NCBI GenBank assembly: GCA_964016885.1 | Contig: OZ024741.1 | Span: 76,694,001 to 76,758,000 of the forward strand | DNA: 64,000 nucleotides | Direction: 5' to 3' | DNA from: Eledone cirrhosa | Taxonomy: Eukaryota | Made by a program: the position numbers and the translations under genes | The notes under the pieces: model-generated | The model's database searches: none | What the model saw: only the letters and a program-made list of their open reading frames with translations | What the model was told of the DNA's origin: nothing | Part shown: positions 1-13,989 of the stretch, in pieces | Numbering within the stretch: the stretch's first letter is position 1 | Layout of the letters: every line of letters begins with the position of its first letter

Positions 1-207
1 GTAGTTGGTGTTAGAAAAGGCATTGAGCTATAGAAACCAAGCCAGAAACAGTTCGATATGAGCAAGACATGGTCATCTGATCTGACTTATCTCACAATGA
101 GACAACTAGCCTAACACATGATAGAGTGGAAAAATGATGATAATAAATAAACACACTCACACACACATACATGTATGTATATGTGCGTGTGTTTATATAT
201 ATATATA

Positions 208-660
208 CATCATCGTTTAACATCCATTTTCCATGCTAGCATGATTTAGATGAGCTATCCCATTGTGAAACAAGCCAGGTCAGAGGACTGTGTTTTGCTC
301 ATACAGAACTGATTTTGGCTTGGTTTCTACGTCTAGATGCCCTCCCTAATGCCAACCACATTTACAGTGTGTACTGTTGTGACACCTACTCAACCACTTT
401 ATAGTGTGGACTGGGCGCTTTTTATTGTGACTCCTACATGACCACTTTACTATGTGGACTGGTTGCTTTTTGTTGTGACACCAACACGACCACTTTACAG
501 AATGGGGCTGAGGACTTTTTGTTGTGTTACCTACATGACCACTTTACAGTGTAGGCTGTGCGCGTTTTGTTGTGACACCTAAACGATCACTTTACAATGT
601 GGACTGGGCATTCATTGTTGTGACACCATGGTGACCACTTTATAGTGTGGATTGGGGACT
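208..660 (-). repeat. RTE 3' UTR/tail with an internal tandem array of about 41 bp
   Basis: Repeated gaccactttacagtgtggactggg..ttttgttgtgacacctac units next to the RTE tail motif. Confidence 0.7.
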
Positions 661-1465
661 TGGGTGGCGGAGATGCATTGGGATGGAGGAGGTAGGTGTA
701 GGGGGTAGGGTGTTAGGACGTGGGTGGTATGATTACAATGTGGGAGGTGTATGTGAGGGGTGAAGGGAGGGAAGGTGGTGCATACTGGATGTATGTCTCA
801 ACCCCTGCATATGGGAACGTGGGTCTTCTGTATTACTGCATAAAATATATATATATGTACAAACACACACACATATATATGGAAGGTTCTGAGATTGAAC
901 CTGTAATTCTGGCTTAAATACTGTGAGCTTTAAATACTTGTTCAATGTTCAGTCAAGACTATATAATACTCACAACTACAACATAATACATACAAAGAAA
1001 CAAAGATAAGTATTGGTTTATTGTAAATGCATGTGTCTAATAAAACTAAAATGTATAACCAGATAATCTGTCATAAAATGTTTTTAAATTTTATTGAATT
1101 TTAAATCTTTTGAAAATTCATACTTTTCCATCAATTTAACTGATTAAAAAAAACAAAACAACAAAAAACAAAAATGTATTCATTTCTATAAAATTTAACT
1201 AGAAAAGATAAAAATGAAAAATGTAGACATTTCTGTAGAATTTAATTCTTTGAAAAGAACAAAAGAATGAAATATTTATACATTTCCTATCAAATCTAAC
1301 TATTTTAAATGAACAAGAAAGAGAAAAATTTATACATTTCTATCATCTCTAACCAACTGAAAAGAATATTCCCTTGTTAGCGAGAAGAACGGATGTTGAA
1401 TGAATGAAATGATGATTTGTTTTGTTTCTAAATCCAATAGATAGAAAATTCTGAAGACATGTTAC

Positions 1466-1543
1466 CTTAAAATATCGCGTGGTTTCTTTGTTTTGGTAAA
1501 GAGTGATAGTCTTTGTATCCAGTCTCCAGTAATGACGCTTCCG
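1466..1543 (-). CDS. PRKD: PKD exon, PH domain: RKRHYWRLDTKTITLYQNKETTRYFK
   Basis: tatAG and GTaaca boundaries; 78 nt, phase 0/0; RKRHYWRLD.K.ITL motif. Confidence 0.95.
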
Positions 1544-2999
1544 CTATAAAAGTAATGGAAAGTTTACAATGAATTTTATCGTAACACATGTTTTGTTGTA
1601 TTAATTGATATATTTAAATTGTATAATAGAAGTGGATAAAATGCCAGTTTATCACAGGTCATTATTCACCAAACATTGAAGCAAGTCTGAGTGAGTGACA
1701 AAGAAGTTAGCACACCCACACTCATACACACACATATATATAAAAAAAGTTGAGAGGACACCCAAGTCATGACATGGCAGCTTTTTTAATGCTGGTGTCA
1801 CCCAGTACACCCTGTAAGGTGACTAGTGATAGAATAGGCATCCAGCTGTAGAAACCATGTAAAATAAAGCGCTAAGAAGACTCTTCAGTCATGTCAAGAA
1901 CATAGTCTCTTTAGTGTTGGTGATCTACATGATAAATTCCCCCAGTACATTCTGTAAATTTATTGTTGATACACAGAGCATCCAGTTAGGAAACCTGTCA
2001 AACAAAGAGTTTGGAGGATTCAGGTGTGTCAAAAAAATGACTATCCCTCTATTGCTGGTGTTAGAATAAAATGCTCTCGGTAGAGTGTGGAAATGTATAT
2101 AAGAGAGATGTAGATACTCGACCCATCTGAGGTCAGTAACTGTGCTTGACTACTGACATGGTCTGTAACAACCCATCCAATGCTTGCTGGCAAATACGTT
2201 AAATTATGATGATGATGATGATGATGATACATATTTATATTTTGTGTATGTAAATGTATTATTCCAGTTTTCATAAATATATATAAGCAAAAGGTCAACA
2301 AGGAAAAACAACACAGAACATACAGTACAATGATGATATATATATTAGTTTAATGCTTGATATAGTTGGAAAAGAGTCTTAATATTTTGGATGTTAGTCC
2401 TTCATCAGAGGATAGAATGAGGGATATAAGAAGAAATAAAAGATAGAGGAGAGTGAAAAGAGTAAGAAATGGAAGAAAAAAAAAAATTTTTTTTACAGGG
2501 AATAAGCATGTTTGTGTTTAGTCAATCTGTATTCTCTTTTCTTTTCTTTCTATCTCATCCTCCCCCTTTAAGTATCTTAGCACTAATGTTAGTTTATCAC
2601 CCATAGTGAATCATCTACAGTGGACAGCATAAATGAACATATATAGCCACTCCCTAAAAATAAAGTAAAAACATACAGCAATGATTCCCTATCAACACTC
2701 AAACCACCCCACCAACTCTTATACACCATTTGGTTATTTTCCTATGGATACCATAGGTAGTTACACACATATATATTTATTTTTTGGGATTGCACAAATA
2801 ATTATAGTTACACTTTCTCCAATGTGATGCTGTTACAATATTCCCTGGCTGTATGAAGTAACTGACTGTCTAATAATCTAGATTTCATGGGCCTGCGATT
2901 GGATATTATATTACATAATGTATTGAAACTCATGTCAAAATTACTAATAATTATTAATAAAAGAAATATTGAACATTAACATCTATGCCTCAGTGATTT

Positions 3000-3670
3000 T
3001 TCTACAGCCCTTGAATATTTGTATATATATAATATATATGAGCTGTGTGCAGAGAACCTATGAAGATTGGAAAGAAATGAAGGCTCCGATGGATATGTAA
3101 TATATGAACAGCAATGTTTAAATGAACTAAGAGAAACTGAATAAAGGGGATCAGATGTAGTGCACAAGAGAGTAGATTGCATTCGTTGACCATGTGATGC
3201 ATATGACGGATGACAGCTATATAAAAAGGTGCAAGGCGATCAAAGAACAACTAAAAAGACCTGGAATGAGGTGATAAAAGCTGACCTTGCACAACTATGC
3301 CTCCCAAAGACGATGACACAGGATTAAGATTTTTTATGTTATGTAGTAATGCAAAAGACTTTTCTTCCCATGCCCATAGGTTGAAGCATACATCTAGTAG
3401 GGACCAATTAACTCCTTCCAAATACTTCTCACACCCTAATACTCCACCAACAACTTAATCAACCCACCCTTCTCCCATGCCTTTACACCACCTGCTCCAG
3501 CCCCCAGCCCACACTGTAAATGTGGCTGGCATTAGGAAGGGCATCCAACCGTAGAAACCAAGCCAGAAGCAATAAGAGAGATGTAGTCACCTAATCTGAC
3601 TTGCCTCAAATGGGACAACCCGTCTAACCCATGTTAGTGTGGAAAATAGATGTTAAATGATGATGATTAT
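3000..3670 (+). mobile_element. Degenerate RTE 3' fragment
   Basis: Similar to 58380-58750 (RLERNE, KTWNEVIKADL) plus the RTE 3' tail. Confidence 0.7.
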
Positions 3671-5273
3671 ATAGGAGCTATATAGTTGTGCTGTAATGCT
3701 GCTATTATCATAAAGATGAAGATATATATATATATGATAAGACCATATCCAAATGTCTATTCTTATCCATTGGAGGTTGAAATCCTATTGTGCTTTTCAC
3801 AAATAATAGATCTTTGTAATTATATTTGAACATTTTCTATAGTACACTGTTCACTTTCTTGACATTTGTACATTATTCTATGTACTATACATGCACCTTT
3901 GATGAGTTGTAGTGCGCCTGAGCACTGTACACAATAATTTCATTATTATTATTAAATATTCTCTTCCATTTCTGCTTGAAATGGTCATTTTCTAAAAAAT
4001 AATTTTTGCTTAATATTCCATTCTTGTTTTTCTGTTCTATTATCGTGGAAAGATGTTTTCTAGTTGATGTATCTGGTGATGCTGTTATATCATCTTCCTT
4101 GTATTGTTAGTTTGCTAATAGGTTTATGCCATCTTATTTGCCTTGTTCGTCAATTTTGGCCTATTCTTCCATATATATTGTTTATTAATGGCTAACAAAG
4201 GAGTTGCCTTTTGTTGTACAAATTATTGACTTTCTTCTGTCCATTCTTTAACTACATTTACATATAGATGAATGTTAATTATCGTAGTTCTTTGGTTAAT
4301 CTTCTATTTATATCTTGAACAATTTTGGAAAGAATTTCAATTCCTTCTATTGTTGTGTATTTTTTAGAGAGTTATTTGCTATTGTATCTTTTTCATAATT
4401 ATGTTCATACTCCTGTAACCACAAATTTTTCATTTCTAATATTCTTTTCAATTTTTCTTCTTTTCTCTGTACATTTCTCTGTACTTTCCCATATATAAGT
4501 CAGTTAATTTTTCTCATTTCGTTCCATTTGTTCATTTCTTCTTGCATCATGGAATCACATTTCTTGAACTTGTTCTTGATTTTTGGTACTCAAAATTGGA
4601 AGAAGTTGATCTCCACTTCAAATTTCTATCTGATGGCCATTTATCTGATGGCAGCAGAGTCCTACCTTCTTTCCTACTTACTAAAACTTTAGCCTTAACA
4701 AAGTTTATTTTGGGTCACAATGAATCCAGATTTTGTTTCCATATCTGGAAACTTTCTCATTCTGTTAGTTTCTGCTATGAAGGCTGGATCATCAACATAA
4801 AGGGGTTTATATGGGTAAATAGTCTTGAATTCTTCTGTTATGATCTCAGGAACAATTAAAAAAACAGATAGTGGACCTGCATGCTAAATTTATTGTTGTA
4901 CTTGTTGTTAACTGTCACCTAGCTGGCAGTATCTCTGTACATGGTTTGGGCACCCCTCACAAACTATTCATCTATCCTTAGCTTCTTAAGTACAGACAAT
5001 GGAACTCTATCAAATGCATTTTCAAGGCTGATGAAGGTTAAGAATAGAAGCTTATCTCTTAGCTAAATAGTTCTTCTGTAGTAGTCACATAATAAGAAAT
5101 ATGGCATCAGTAGTGATTCTCCCAGGCAGAAAGCGAAAGTGTATTTCATCAAGATTAATTCTGTTATATACATATATCAATATCATCACCATCGTTTTTA
5201 CATCCACTTTTCTATGGTGGAATGGGTTAGAGACAATATTATACAGCTGGATGCACTTTCTAATGCCAACCAT

Positions 5274-5304
<31 letters not shown>

Positions 5305-5349
5305 TATAAAAATATGAAAAATAACCGAGGTGTCCTACACGAGTGAAAG

Positions 5350-5650
5350 TATAAAGAAAAAAAGATGAAATCGAAAATGCAACTGGAGTCTTATTTTAAA
5401 AAAAATATATATATTTATTTGGTTCTTTTACCGGTTTCGCAGTTCTTCTGCTTTTCAAAAGTAGAGTTGAGATGAAGGGTCTGTGGTTTTTCTCACATCA
5501 GATGTGAGAAAAACTACACACCCTCCATCTCAACTCTACTTTTGAAAAGCAGAAGAACTGCGAAACCGGTAAAAGAACCAAATAAATATATATATTTTTT
5601 TAAAAATAAGACTCCAGTTGCATTTTCGATTTCATATTTTTTTCTTTATA
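5350..5650. repeat. Near-perfect palindrome of about 300 bp (fold-back pLTR fragment)
   Basis: Arms are mirrored about cacatc-a-gatgtg near 5500; (TA)n nearby on both sides. Confidence 0.9.
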
Positions 5651-5661
5651 TATATATATAT

Positions 5662-5856
5662 ATAGGAACAAGTAAGACCCTGACGGCTGAGCTCAAGCCG
5701 TTTCGACGGCTAATTCTGTACAGAATTAGCCGTCGAAACGGCTTGAGCTCAGCCGTTGGGGTCTTACTTGTTCCTATTACCCACTCTACTACCCTAAGTA
5801 TTGAGTACTTTGGTGCGTTATGGTCCACCTGGTTCCTTACCACATTTCCTTCGTTA
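5662..5856 (+). repeat. Fold-back pLTR fragment (palindrome 5662-5777 plus tail)
   Basis: Mirror about ctgtacag; contains GAAACGGCT..AGCCGT(C/T), a hammerhead stem III; tail is homologous to 29890-29980. Confidence 0.85.
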
Positions 5857-5874
5857 TATATATATATATATATA

Positions 5875-6156
5875 CATCATCATCATCATCATCATTTTAT
5901 GTCTGCTTTTCCCTGCTTACAAGGGTGGGACGGGAACTGATTCTGGCTTGATTTCTACAGCTGGATGCCCTTCCTAACACTAACCTCATTTACAGTGAGT
6001 GCTAGGTGCTTTTTTTCTGTGGCGTCTACATGACCACTTTGCAGTGGAATGATAGGGATCCCAGTCCTATCATCTCATTACTACAGATGAGTAAACTGGA
6101 GCAATGTGAAATAAAGTGTCTTGCTCAAGGAAACAACACATCACCCGGTCTGAGAA
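5875..6156 (-). mobile_element. tRNA/CORE/RTE-tail SINE copy, 5'-truncated
   Basis: Reverse complement of 39788-40060. Confidence 0.8.
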
Positions 6157-6845
6157 ACAGAAAAATGGTCCAGTAAAGACAAAAAAAATTCAAAAATGAA
6201 GATTGAAAACAAGACAACTATTAGGTAGTCTTGGTAACAAGTTGGAATGCAAAGTGGAGTGTGTGCATTAGTGTTGTTATATATGTGAGTGTAAGTGTAT
6301 ATTTAAACATGTGTGATTTTTAAAGGTATATTGTGTAAAGTAACAAAGACAGTGAGTGTATGCATATATCCATGTGTTAGTGGTAGTAGACATGTATGTG
6401 TGAGTGAATGTAAGTATGAACGTGTGTACAGTATATGGGCATTAAAGTAATTTTATGTGTGTGTAAAGTATCTGGCAGTATAGCATATGTCCATGAGATA
6501 TGTAGATTTGTATGTCTAAGTGTATGATAAATTTTAACATGTGTATGTATGTTGAAGATTATAATGTGTACATGAAAAGTATCTAACTGTGATATATATG
6601 TAAGTGCGTATGAATTAACGAGTATGTCGCATAGGATAGAGGAAGTATGTTTAGAGTGTGATAAAGAGTATAAGATTAAAGGAAGATGGGTGGCGCATTA
6701 AGGTTGGGGTGAAGGAAGGTTTGTAAGGAGAAAATAAGTTGCTGTTCCCTCCACCATTGTGAGTCAGAGAGTCCAGCACAATGTGCGAGCCTGAAAACGC
6801 TGAGGTGGTGTGAAGAGTGGCTGGCGGATTGAAGTCAGGTTTATG

Positions 6846-6877
<32 letters not shown>

Positions 6878-7617
6878 GATACACATATATATACACGCAC
6901 ATACACTAGCTGCCCAAGCTATATATATGTATATATATCTGTTAGACACACAGTGACTAACAACAGAATGTTTTAAGTCTGCGTGTCTGACATATATGCG
7001 TAGCTTGTGAATAAAAAATTTAAGGGGTGTCGCTGGCCGTGGTGATCACTGCCAAACATGTTTTGTAATGTATCGTCTTATTGGCTAATCAACCAACGAG
7101 AGTAATTGTTGCTCAAAAGCATCCGCCATTTTGTTTGCACGTTTATTTATCGTTTCGCTTTCGAATCTGCCTCCTGTATTTCGTCGTTTATCATTAAAAT
7201 ATTTTTCTCGTTTTGGTAAGTTATATTGTTAATTTATATATGATTTTTTAAATTTATATTAACTATTTTTTTTTAGTTCGTTATAACATGCTTATAATAT
7301 TGGTTGTATCATATTTACTTGTATATTTGTCCATATTATTGTTCGTTTTATGTTAGATTATTTTATTATTATTATGTTAGATTATTTTTTTATTATTATG
7401 TTAAACTATTTGTATGTAATATTTAATTTTTATTAATTCAACTACAACAATTATTATGTAAAATATATTTATTTAATATTGATTGTTTTTTGTAGTTGTT
7501 TATATTAAAAGTCTGAAAATATTTTTATACATCTTACAATAATATTTATAAGACCATTTATAAAATAACAATTATATAATCTAATTACATTACAATTTAT
7601 TATTAATATATATCATG

Positions 7618-7965
7618 TTTAACTAGAGTTATTAACTAGAGTCTGACCGGGCAATGTGTTGTTTCCTTGAGCAAGACATTTATTTCACATTGCTCCAGTT
7701 TACTCAGCTGTAGAAATAAGATGATAGGACTGGGGTCCCTATTATTCCACTGCAAAGTGGTCGTGGAGGTACCACGGTAAAAAAGCACCCATCCCACACT
7801 GTAAAGTGAACGTGTAGGCGCTACGGGAAAAAAAAAGCACCCAGCACTCACTGTAAATGAGGTTGGTGTTAGGAAGGGCATCCAGCTGTAGAAATCAGCC
7901 AGAATCAGTTCCCGTCCCACCCTTGCAAGCAGGGAAAGGTGGACGTAAAATGATGATGATGATTA
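7618..7965 (+). mobile_element. tRNA/CORE/RTE-tail SINE copy, head missing or decayed
   Basis: Matches the core and tail of 23761-24130. Confidence 0.8.
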
Positions 7966-8223
7966 TTACTATTAATAAGAAGGATAAAGTTTTGTTTACG
8001 TGTATTAAATTTTTATTGTGTATCAACCTGTTACACATGTTTTGTAGAGGATTGGCTCAGGATCACCCATAGTAGTTATGGACCAGACTCCATTATCAAT
8101 CTGCTTTGGAGACTGGCGATGTGACAAAAAAATATAGTGTTTGTACACTCTGCCTGTGCATCAAGTGCTTGTTTTGGTAACACCACTAGTAATTCACTGA
8201 ATCACCGACACTATATATATATA

Positions 8224-8591
8224 CTGTATTTCCTGGTGTCGAAAACGGTACTTTTTTCCTAAAGTAAGTTTCAAAAATCTACTATGCGTCCTGGAGGCCG
8301 AAGGCTGTTTATTATTTTTTTTCAAGGGCGGTGGATTGGCAGTATCGGTAGAGGATCGGACGCCATGCTTTCCAGCATGGTTACGTCCCTTTACGATCTG
8401 AGTTCAAATCCCGCCGAGGTTGACTTTGCCTTTCATCCTTACGGGGTCGATAAAATAAAGTACCAGTAATGCACTGGGTAATTACTGGCCTTGTGCCTAA
8501 AGTAGAAACAATTATTTTTTTTCAAATTTTTGGTTGTCAAAATTAGGGTGCATCCTCGAGGACAAAGCGTCTTCGGCACCAGGAAATATGG
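8224..8591. mobile_element. Tc2/pogo-type MITE interrupted by a SINE
   Basis: TIRs CTGTATTTCCTGGTGTCGAAAACG / CGTCTTCGGCACCAGGAAATATGG with TA flanks. Confidence 0.78.
8326..8510 (+). mobile_element. Nin-domain-like tRNA SINE with a 15-bp TSD; other copies near 9028, 19378, 33686, 33915, 41034, 46968 and 59538
   Basis: gcctttcatccttacggggtcgataaaataaagtaccag core; TSD ATTATTTTTTTTCAA at 8311-8325 and 8511-8525. Confidence 0.82.
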
Positions 8592-11012
8592 TATATATAT
8601 ATATATATTATTAACAAAAGTATCAATGTCATGTCTGAGAAAATCTCAGACATGCACCATACCACCTGTAGAAGAAGATCAAGGAAAAATTCCAAGAAAT
8701 AAATCCGACCATTTATTATGGAATTAAAAAGACGATTGACATACATAAATAAATATAATGCCAGGTATTATATTTTGTTAAATTTAAATATGTTACCTTT
8801 TATAACTATATGTTCTTATATTCTTTGCAAATTATCTCCTGTTAATATTTGATATACTTATTTATATATGTGTCAATCAAAACTGTGCAGGAATATGGGA
8901 TTGATGGTTAGCTTCTTGCTGCCCTGATGTCTCTATACAAATGCCCGAGTATTTGTGTTTGGATAAATGGTGCTAAATCGAAACCATTCAATGTGGGAGT
9001 TGGACTGTAACTTCTGTTCATTATTTACGTGGATTGGCAGTATCGGTAGAGAATCGGACGCCATGCTTTCCAGCATAGTTACGTCCTGAGGTTAACTTTG
9101 CCTTTCATCCTTACGGGGTCGATAAAATAAAGTACCAGTAATACACTGGGTAATGCTGGCCTTGTGCCAAAAGTAGAAACAATTATTTACATGAACAGGA
9201 TTGACGTCCAACTCATCTCAACATAGGAAAACAGTCATAAATACGATCATGATGATGTATATTTGTATGTTTATATTTTAACAAATACACAGGTTACTGT
9301 CTGACTGTAATCATCTAAAACATCCAATTATTGATTATTTTCTAGAGACAACAGGAAGCAGACTAATATAGGACAATCCACCAAAATGAATGACATCAAG
9401 GTAGATATAACCATGTGATAAACAACTAGTCTCCTAAACAATACAATCACCACCACCACTATTTAAGTTCATCTTCTCTGTCTTTCTCTTTTCTGGTTTA
9501 TTTATCAATTGCTTAGCAAATTGATGTGAGGATTTCATGCTTACTGGAAGAGAGAGAGAGAGAGTGCGCGAGAGAGAGAGAGTGTGTGTGAGGCAGAAAG
9601 AAAGACCATGAAAGGGGGGGGGGGAAGAGTGAATGTGAGGGAAGAGAGAAAGAGTGTGCATGTGCTTGCTTATGTCTGTGTGCTTACTTTGGTGTGTGTG
9701 TGTTCTTGTGCATATGTGCTTGTATACATGTGTATGCTTGTGTTAATATGTGTGTGAATGTGTGAGTATGTATGCATGTTTATGTTTGTGTGTATTTGAA
9801 ACATAACTATAATTATTGATTTTTCTCACATTGACACAGAGTCCTAAATTATCAGTGGTGGTTATGTAGTGTTGGCGTAGATGTAAGTAGTAACACTGAA
9901 TATTAATAGGTCATGTCAAGATGTCTGATGATTTAATCACAATGATTGCATTAATTTAGTTTAATATATTCATTGTAGTTAATTTGAAACTATTAGTTAC
10001 ATATTTTGACAGAATGCAGATTAAATACCTCAGTATTTGTTCCAGCTCTCTGAATTCTAAGTTCAAATTCTGCCTCCTGTTACTTGAAAAGAAGTAACAC
10101 TTTGCCAGAAGTTGTAATAAACAGATAGTACCAGCAATGGAAACACGGGTTTTCTGGTTCGATTTGAGGATCAGCTTCTTTCCATTACACACACATACAC
10201 ACATATATATGTACACAAATATACTGTAAATGTGGTTGGTGTTATGAAGGGCATCAAACAGTAGAAAACCTGCCAGATAGTCCTATACGAGTAAGACACG
10301 GTCACCCTCAAATGGGACAATTCCCATCTAACCCATGCTAGCGTGGAAGATAGACATTAAACGATGATGGTGATATATATATATATTTGTCACGACAAAA
10401 AGCACCCACCATACATTGTAAATGTGGTTGGCGTTAGGAAGGGCATCCAGATGTCGAAAACAAGCCAAAATCAGTTTTGTGTATGCGAATCAAGGTCCTT
10501 TGACTTGATCTCTCACAAAGGGACTGCCCGTCCTACCCATGCTAGTATGAAAAATGGACGTTAAATGATGATGATGATGATAATACACACTCACACACAC
10601 ACACACACACACACACACATCTGTTGGCATTGCATACAGTTTCCATCTTCTGAATGTCACTTGCAAGGTTCACCTGAGGCTATGGTAAAAGGCACTTGAA
10701 CAATATGGCACACAGTGGGATCAAACATAAAACCTTTCAGTGTATGATTGTGAAGCAAACTTCTTAACCACACAGCCATGTCTGTGCACATAAATGTTTA
10801 TTCAATGACAAAATATTAGTTCTATTGAACAATTGACTAATTGATTGATTGGTTTCATAACAGAAGGCTAATAATACCAGACATAATACAGCTCTGAATT
10901 AAACATTCCACAAATCCTGTTTTGGAAACATTGAGCCAAAAATTATGAAAGGAACAGAAGAAAAAAAGCAAATAGAAGGAAAGGAGAAAAATAACACACA
11001 CACACTCTCTAT

Positions 11013-11044
<32 letters not shown>

Positions 11045-11137
11045 TATACACACACACACACAAATATATATATATATACTTTGTTTTTTAATTTGCTTTG
11101 CAAGATTTTTTATCTGAAAATGTGTTGAAACAGATAT

Positions 11138-11503
11138 TGTTATACTTTGGGAGGGTCATGCAGCCAATAAAAACACACACACCTGTTGGCTTTCACTTCA
11201 ATTTATTACAAATTTCTGGTTGGTTGGTTCAATAACCGGATGGTTGTTTATATATAGTGAAAGCTCTTTTGTTACACATTCTGTGACCATTCAGTGACCG
11301 ATTTGTTATTTTGTATTTCTCCTTTGTTCTGTCCTACACCATCTTGTTTTTGAGGTCACAGAATGTGTGATGAAAGAGCTTTGACAATATATAAACAACC
11401 ATCCAGGTATTGAACCAACCATTTGCAAATGTGTAATGAATTGAAGTGAAAACCATCAGGTGTGTGTGTGTTTATTGGCAGCATGACTCTCCCAAAGTAT
11501 AAC
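11138..11503. repeat. Inverted pLTR pair of the 17200-family Penelope
   Basis: 11138-11288 versus 11354-11503, diverged. Confidence 0.8.
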
Positions 11504-11559
11504 TATATATAAATATAATACCTGATGACTAGTGCAGCAGTATCATCATAAACTGCTAT

Positions 11560-13692
11560 AAAGGCAAATGAGATGCACAAGAAAGAGGAAACTATAGGGG
11601 TATCAAGTTGATGGACCAGGCCATGAAAGCTACTGAAAGGTTTATAGCACAACTAATTAGAGACAGAATCAAACTAAATATGATGCAGTTTGGCTTTATG
11701 CCAGGTAGGGGCACTATCAATACCTTCTTCCTTGTATGACAACTGCAGGAAATGTACTTAGCTAAGAGTAAGCCTCTATACCTAACATTCATTGATCTAG
11801 AGAAGGCCTTTGACAGGGTCCCTCATTGTGTAATCTGGTGGGTAGTAAGGAAACTAGATGTAATTGAATAGCTTGTATAAGCCGTGTACAGAGGTGCAAC
11901 TAGCAAAGTTGGCAATAAGTAGAGTGATGTATTTGAAATGCAGATGGGGGTTTATCAGGCCTCAGTCCTCAGTCCAATTCTGTTTATCATTGTTTTTCAT
12001 ATCAAAACAGATGAATTTAAGACTGGCATTGCATAGCAACTCCTGTAAGCTGATGATGTAGCCTTTATGAGTGAATTCATGAAAGAGTTAGAAGCAAAAT
12101 TCCAGACAATGGAAGAAATTTCTAGAATCGAAAGCCCTAAAAGTATACTTAGTAAAGATTAAGGCAGTAATAAGTAGGAATCTGATACTATCAGAGACGT
12201 GACCTTGCTTGAATGTCAAAAAGAGGTGGCAAAAACTCCATAAGGTTCACACAGTGTAACTTATGGACACACAAGAGATATAGTGGGATTACAGACAAGC
12301 TAAAAGAGAAGATAGATTTCATATGTGGTAGATTCATAGAAGGAGTTAGAGCACACGAGAAATAGATACCTCCAATTGCTATGGAGGTTCCCTAGAGGTT
12401 GTTGACAGGTTTTATTACCTAGGTAAACTAATCAGCAGTAGGAGAGAAAGCCCTGAAAGCATGGTAGCCAAGGTAAAAAATAGCTGTTTAGAAAGCTAGT
12501 ACTTCTGCTGACAAAAAAGGGCTTGTATGACACCTGTGTATAAACAGTGTATAACAGTAACGCTACATGGCAGCGTGACATGAATCATGACTGTAGAAGA
12601 CATAGGAAGACTAGAAAGAAATGAAGCAAGTATGTTCTGATGGATGTGTAAAGTCAGTGTGTATAAGCAAGATGAGAAAAAAACTTACTGTAAGCGGAAT
12701 TGGATGTAGCGTGCAAAACAGAAGACTGCATTAGTATGTGACATGGATTAGTATGGAAGATGACTGTTGTATAAAGAAATGCAGAGAAATCTCAGTGGAT
12801 GGGACTTGTGGAAGAAGCAGACCCAGGAAGACATGGGATGAAATAGTAAAGACCGACCTTAAGAAGCTAAAACTCACAACAGACCACGAGGATTGGTGAC
12901 ATGCTGTATTGTGAAGACTTACCTACTAGCGTAAAATGTGACCGAACACTATCACTCCTTAGTAGCTATTTCCAACACCACTGTACACACCCACTCAACC
13001 CTAATTCATCCAGGATTACCTTCAAACCCCTTCAAATCCTAGCACTCAGTCTATCCAAATCCCCCACTCTACTCAAGATCACCCCATCTATAAAATCCTA
13101 ACACACCAACCATAACAATGCCCTCTCAGTAACTGTTACCATACATCAATCACATACACACCCTTAATCACACACACACTCTTAATCACCACTCTGTTAA
13201 ATCCCACCCATACTTGTCATACACTCCCCAGTACCACAGTTGAGTCAATGACTAGCAACCTCCTTGGTGTTGGTGCCATGAAAAATGCACCCAGTACACC
13301 CTGTAAGGTGGTTGGCAAATGGAAGGACATTCTGCTGTAGAAACCAAGCTAAAAAATTTGAGAGAACTCTTCAGTTGTGTCAAGGGCAAGAAACACTCTC
13401 TAGTGTTAGTGACCTATATGTTAAAGGCACCTAGTACATTCTGTAAAATGGTTGGTTATAGGAAGGGCATCCAACTGGAGAAAACCTGCCAAACAAAGGG
13501 TAGGGAAGACTCTTCAGCTGTGTCAAAGACATGACAGCCTTTCTAGTGCTGGATCATAAGTAAGAGAGATGTAAGCCCCCAGCCCAACTGAGAGGTCATT
13601 AGTTTCATCTGAGTATTGTCTCAGTCTGTGTCGACCTGTCCAACCTTTGCTAGCAGGGAAAACAGGCATTCGTTAATGATGATGCTGATGAT
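11560..13692 (+). mobile_element. Old degenerate RTE LINE, RT through 3' UTR
   Basis: Decayed NYRGIKL, MQFGF, DLEKAFDRVP, GRSRPRKTWDE motifs; repeated UTR motif and GAT tail. Confidence 0.82.
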
Positions 13693-13770
13693 GATATATA
13701 ATATTTATCTATTATATACATATTTTTTAATTTATTATAAATTATGCAGACATACACACACACACACACG

Positions 13771-13820
<50 letters not shown>

Positions 13821-13865
13821 GAAAGCGAGAGTAGAAATATAGTAAACTGAATTATGGAAAATTAC

Positions 13866-13989
13866 CACTGTATCTTTGTCTGTGAAATGTACCATCCAGC
13901 CTGTTTTTAGGATCTGTGAGCCGGCCTTTTTGGTATGTCGTACAGATTGGATGACACGCATCAAAGGAATATTTGTACTCTGAGTAGGG
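13866..13989 (-). CDS. PRKD: PKD exon, start of PH domain: (S)[41 protein letters not shown]
   Basis: ttcAG and GTaatt boundaries; 124 nt, phase 2/0; NIPLMRV.QSV.HTK...GWMVH motif. Confidence 0.95.

Noticed and set aside
330-660. Regular repeats of about 41 bp resembling a CRISPR array
   Set aside because: Whole units are repeated without unique spacers; the motif belongs to the RTE 3' UTR; eukaryotic context with no cas genes.
3960-4860. Purine-skewed region, possibly a LINE ORF remnant
   Set aside because: No diagnostic motif could be recognised by eye.
9434-9545. (CT)n-ccAG minus-strand acceptor as an alternative PRKD exon
   Set aside because: It gives an immediate TAA in phase 0, has no similarity to PKD, and the pyrimidine tract is a microsatellite.
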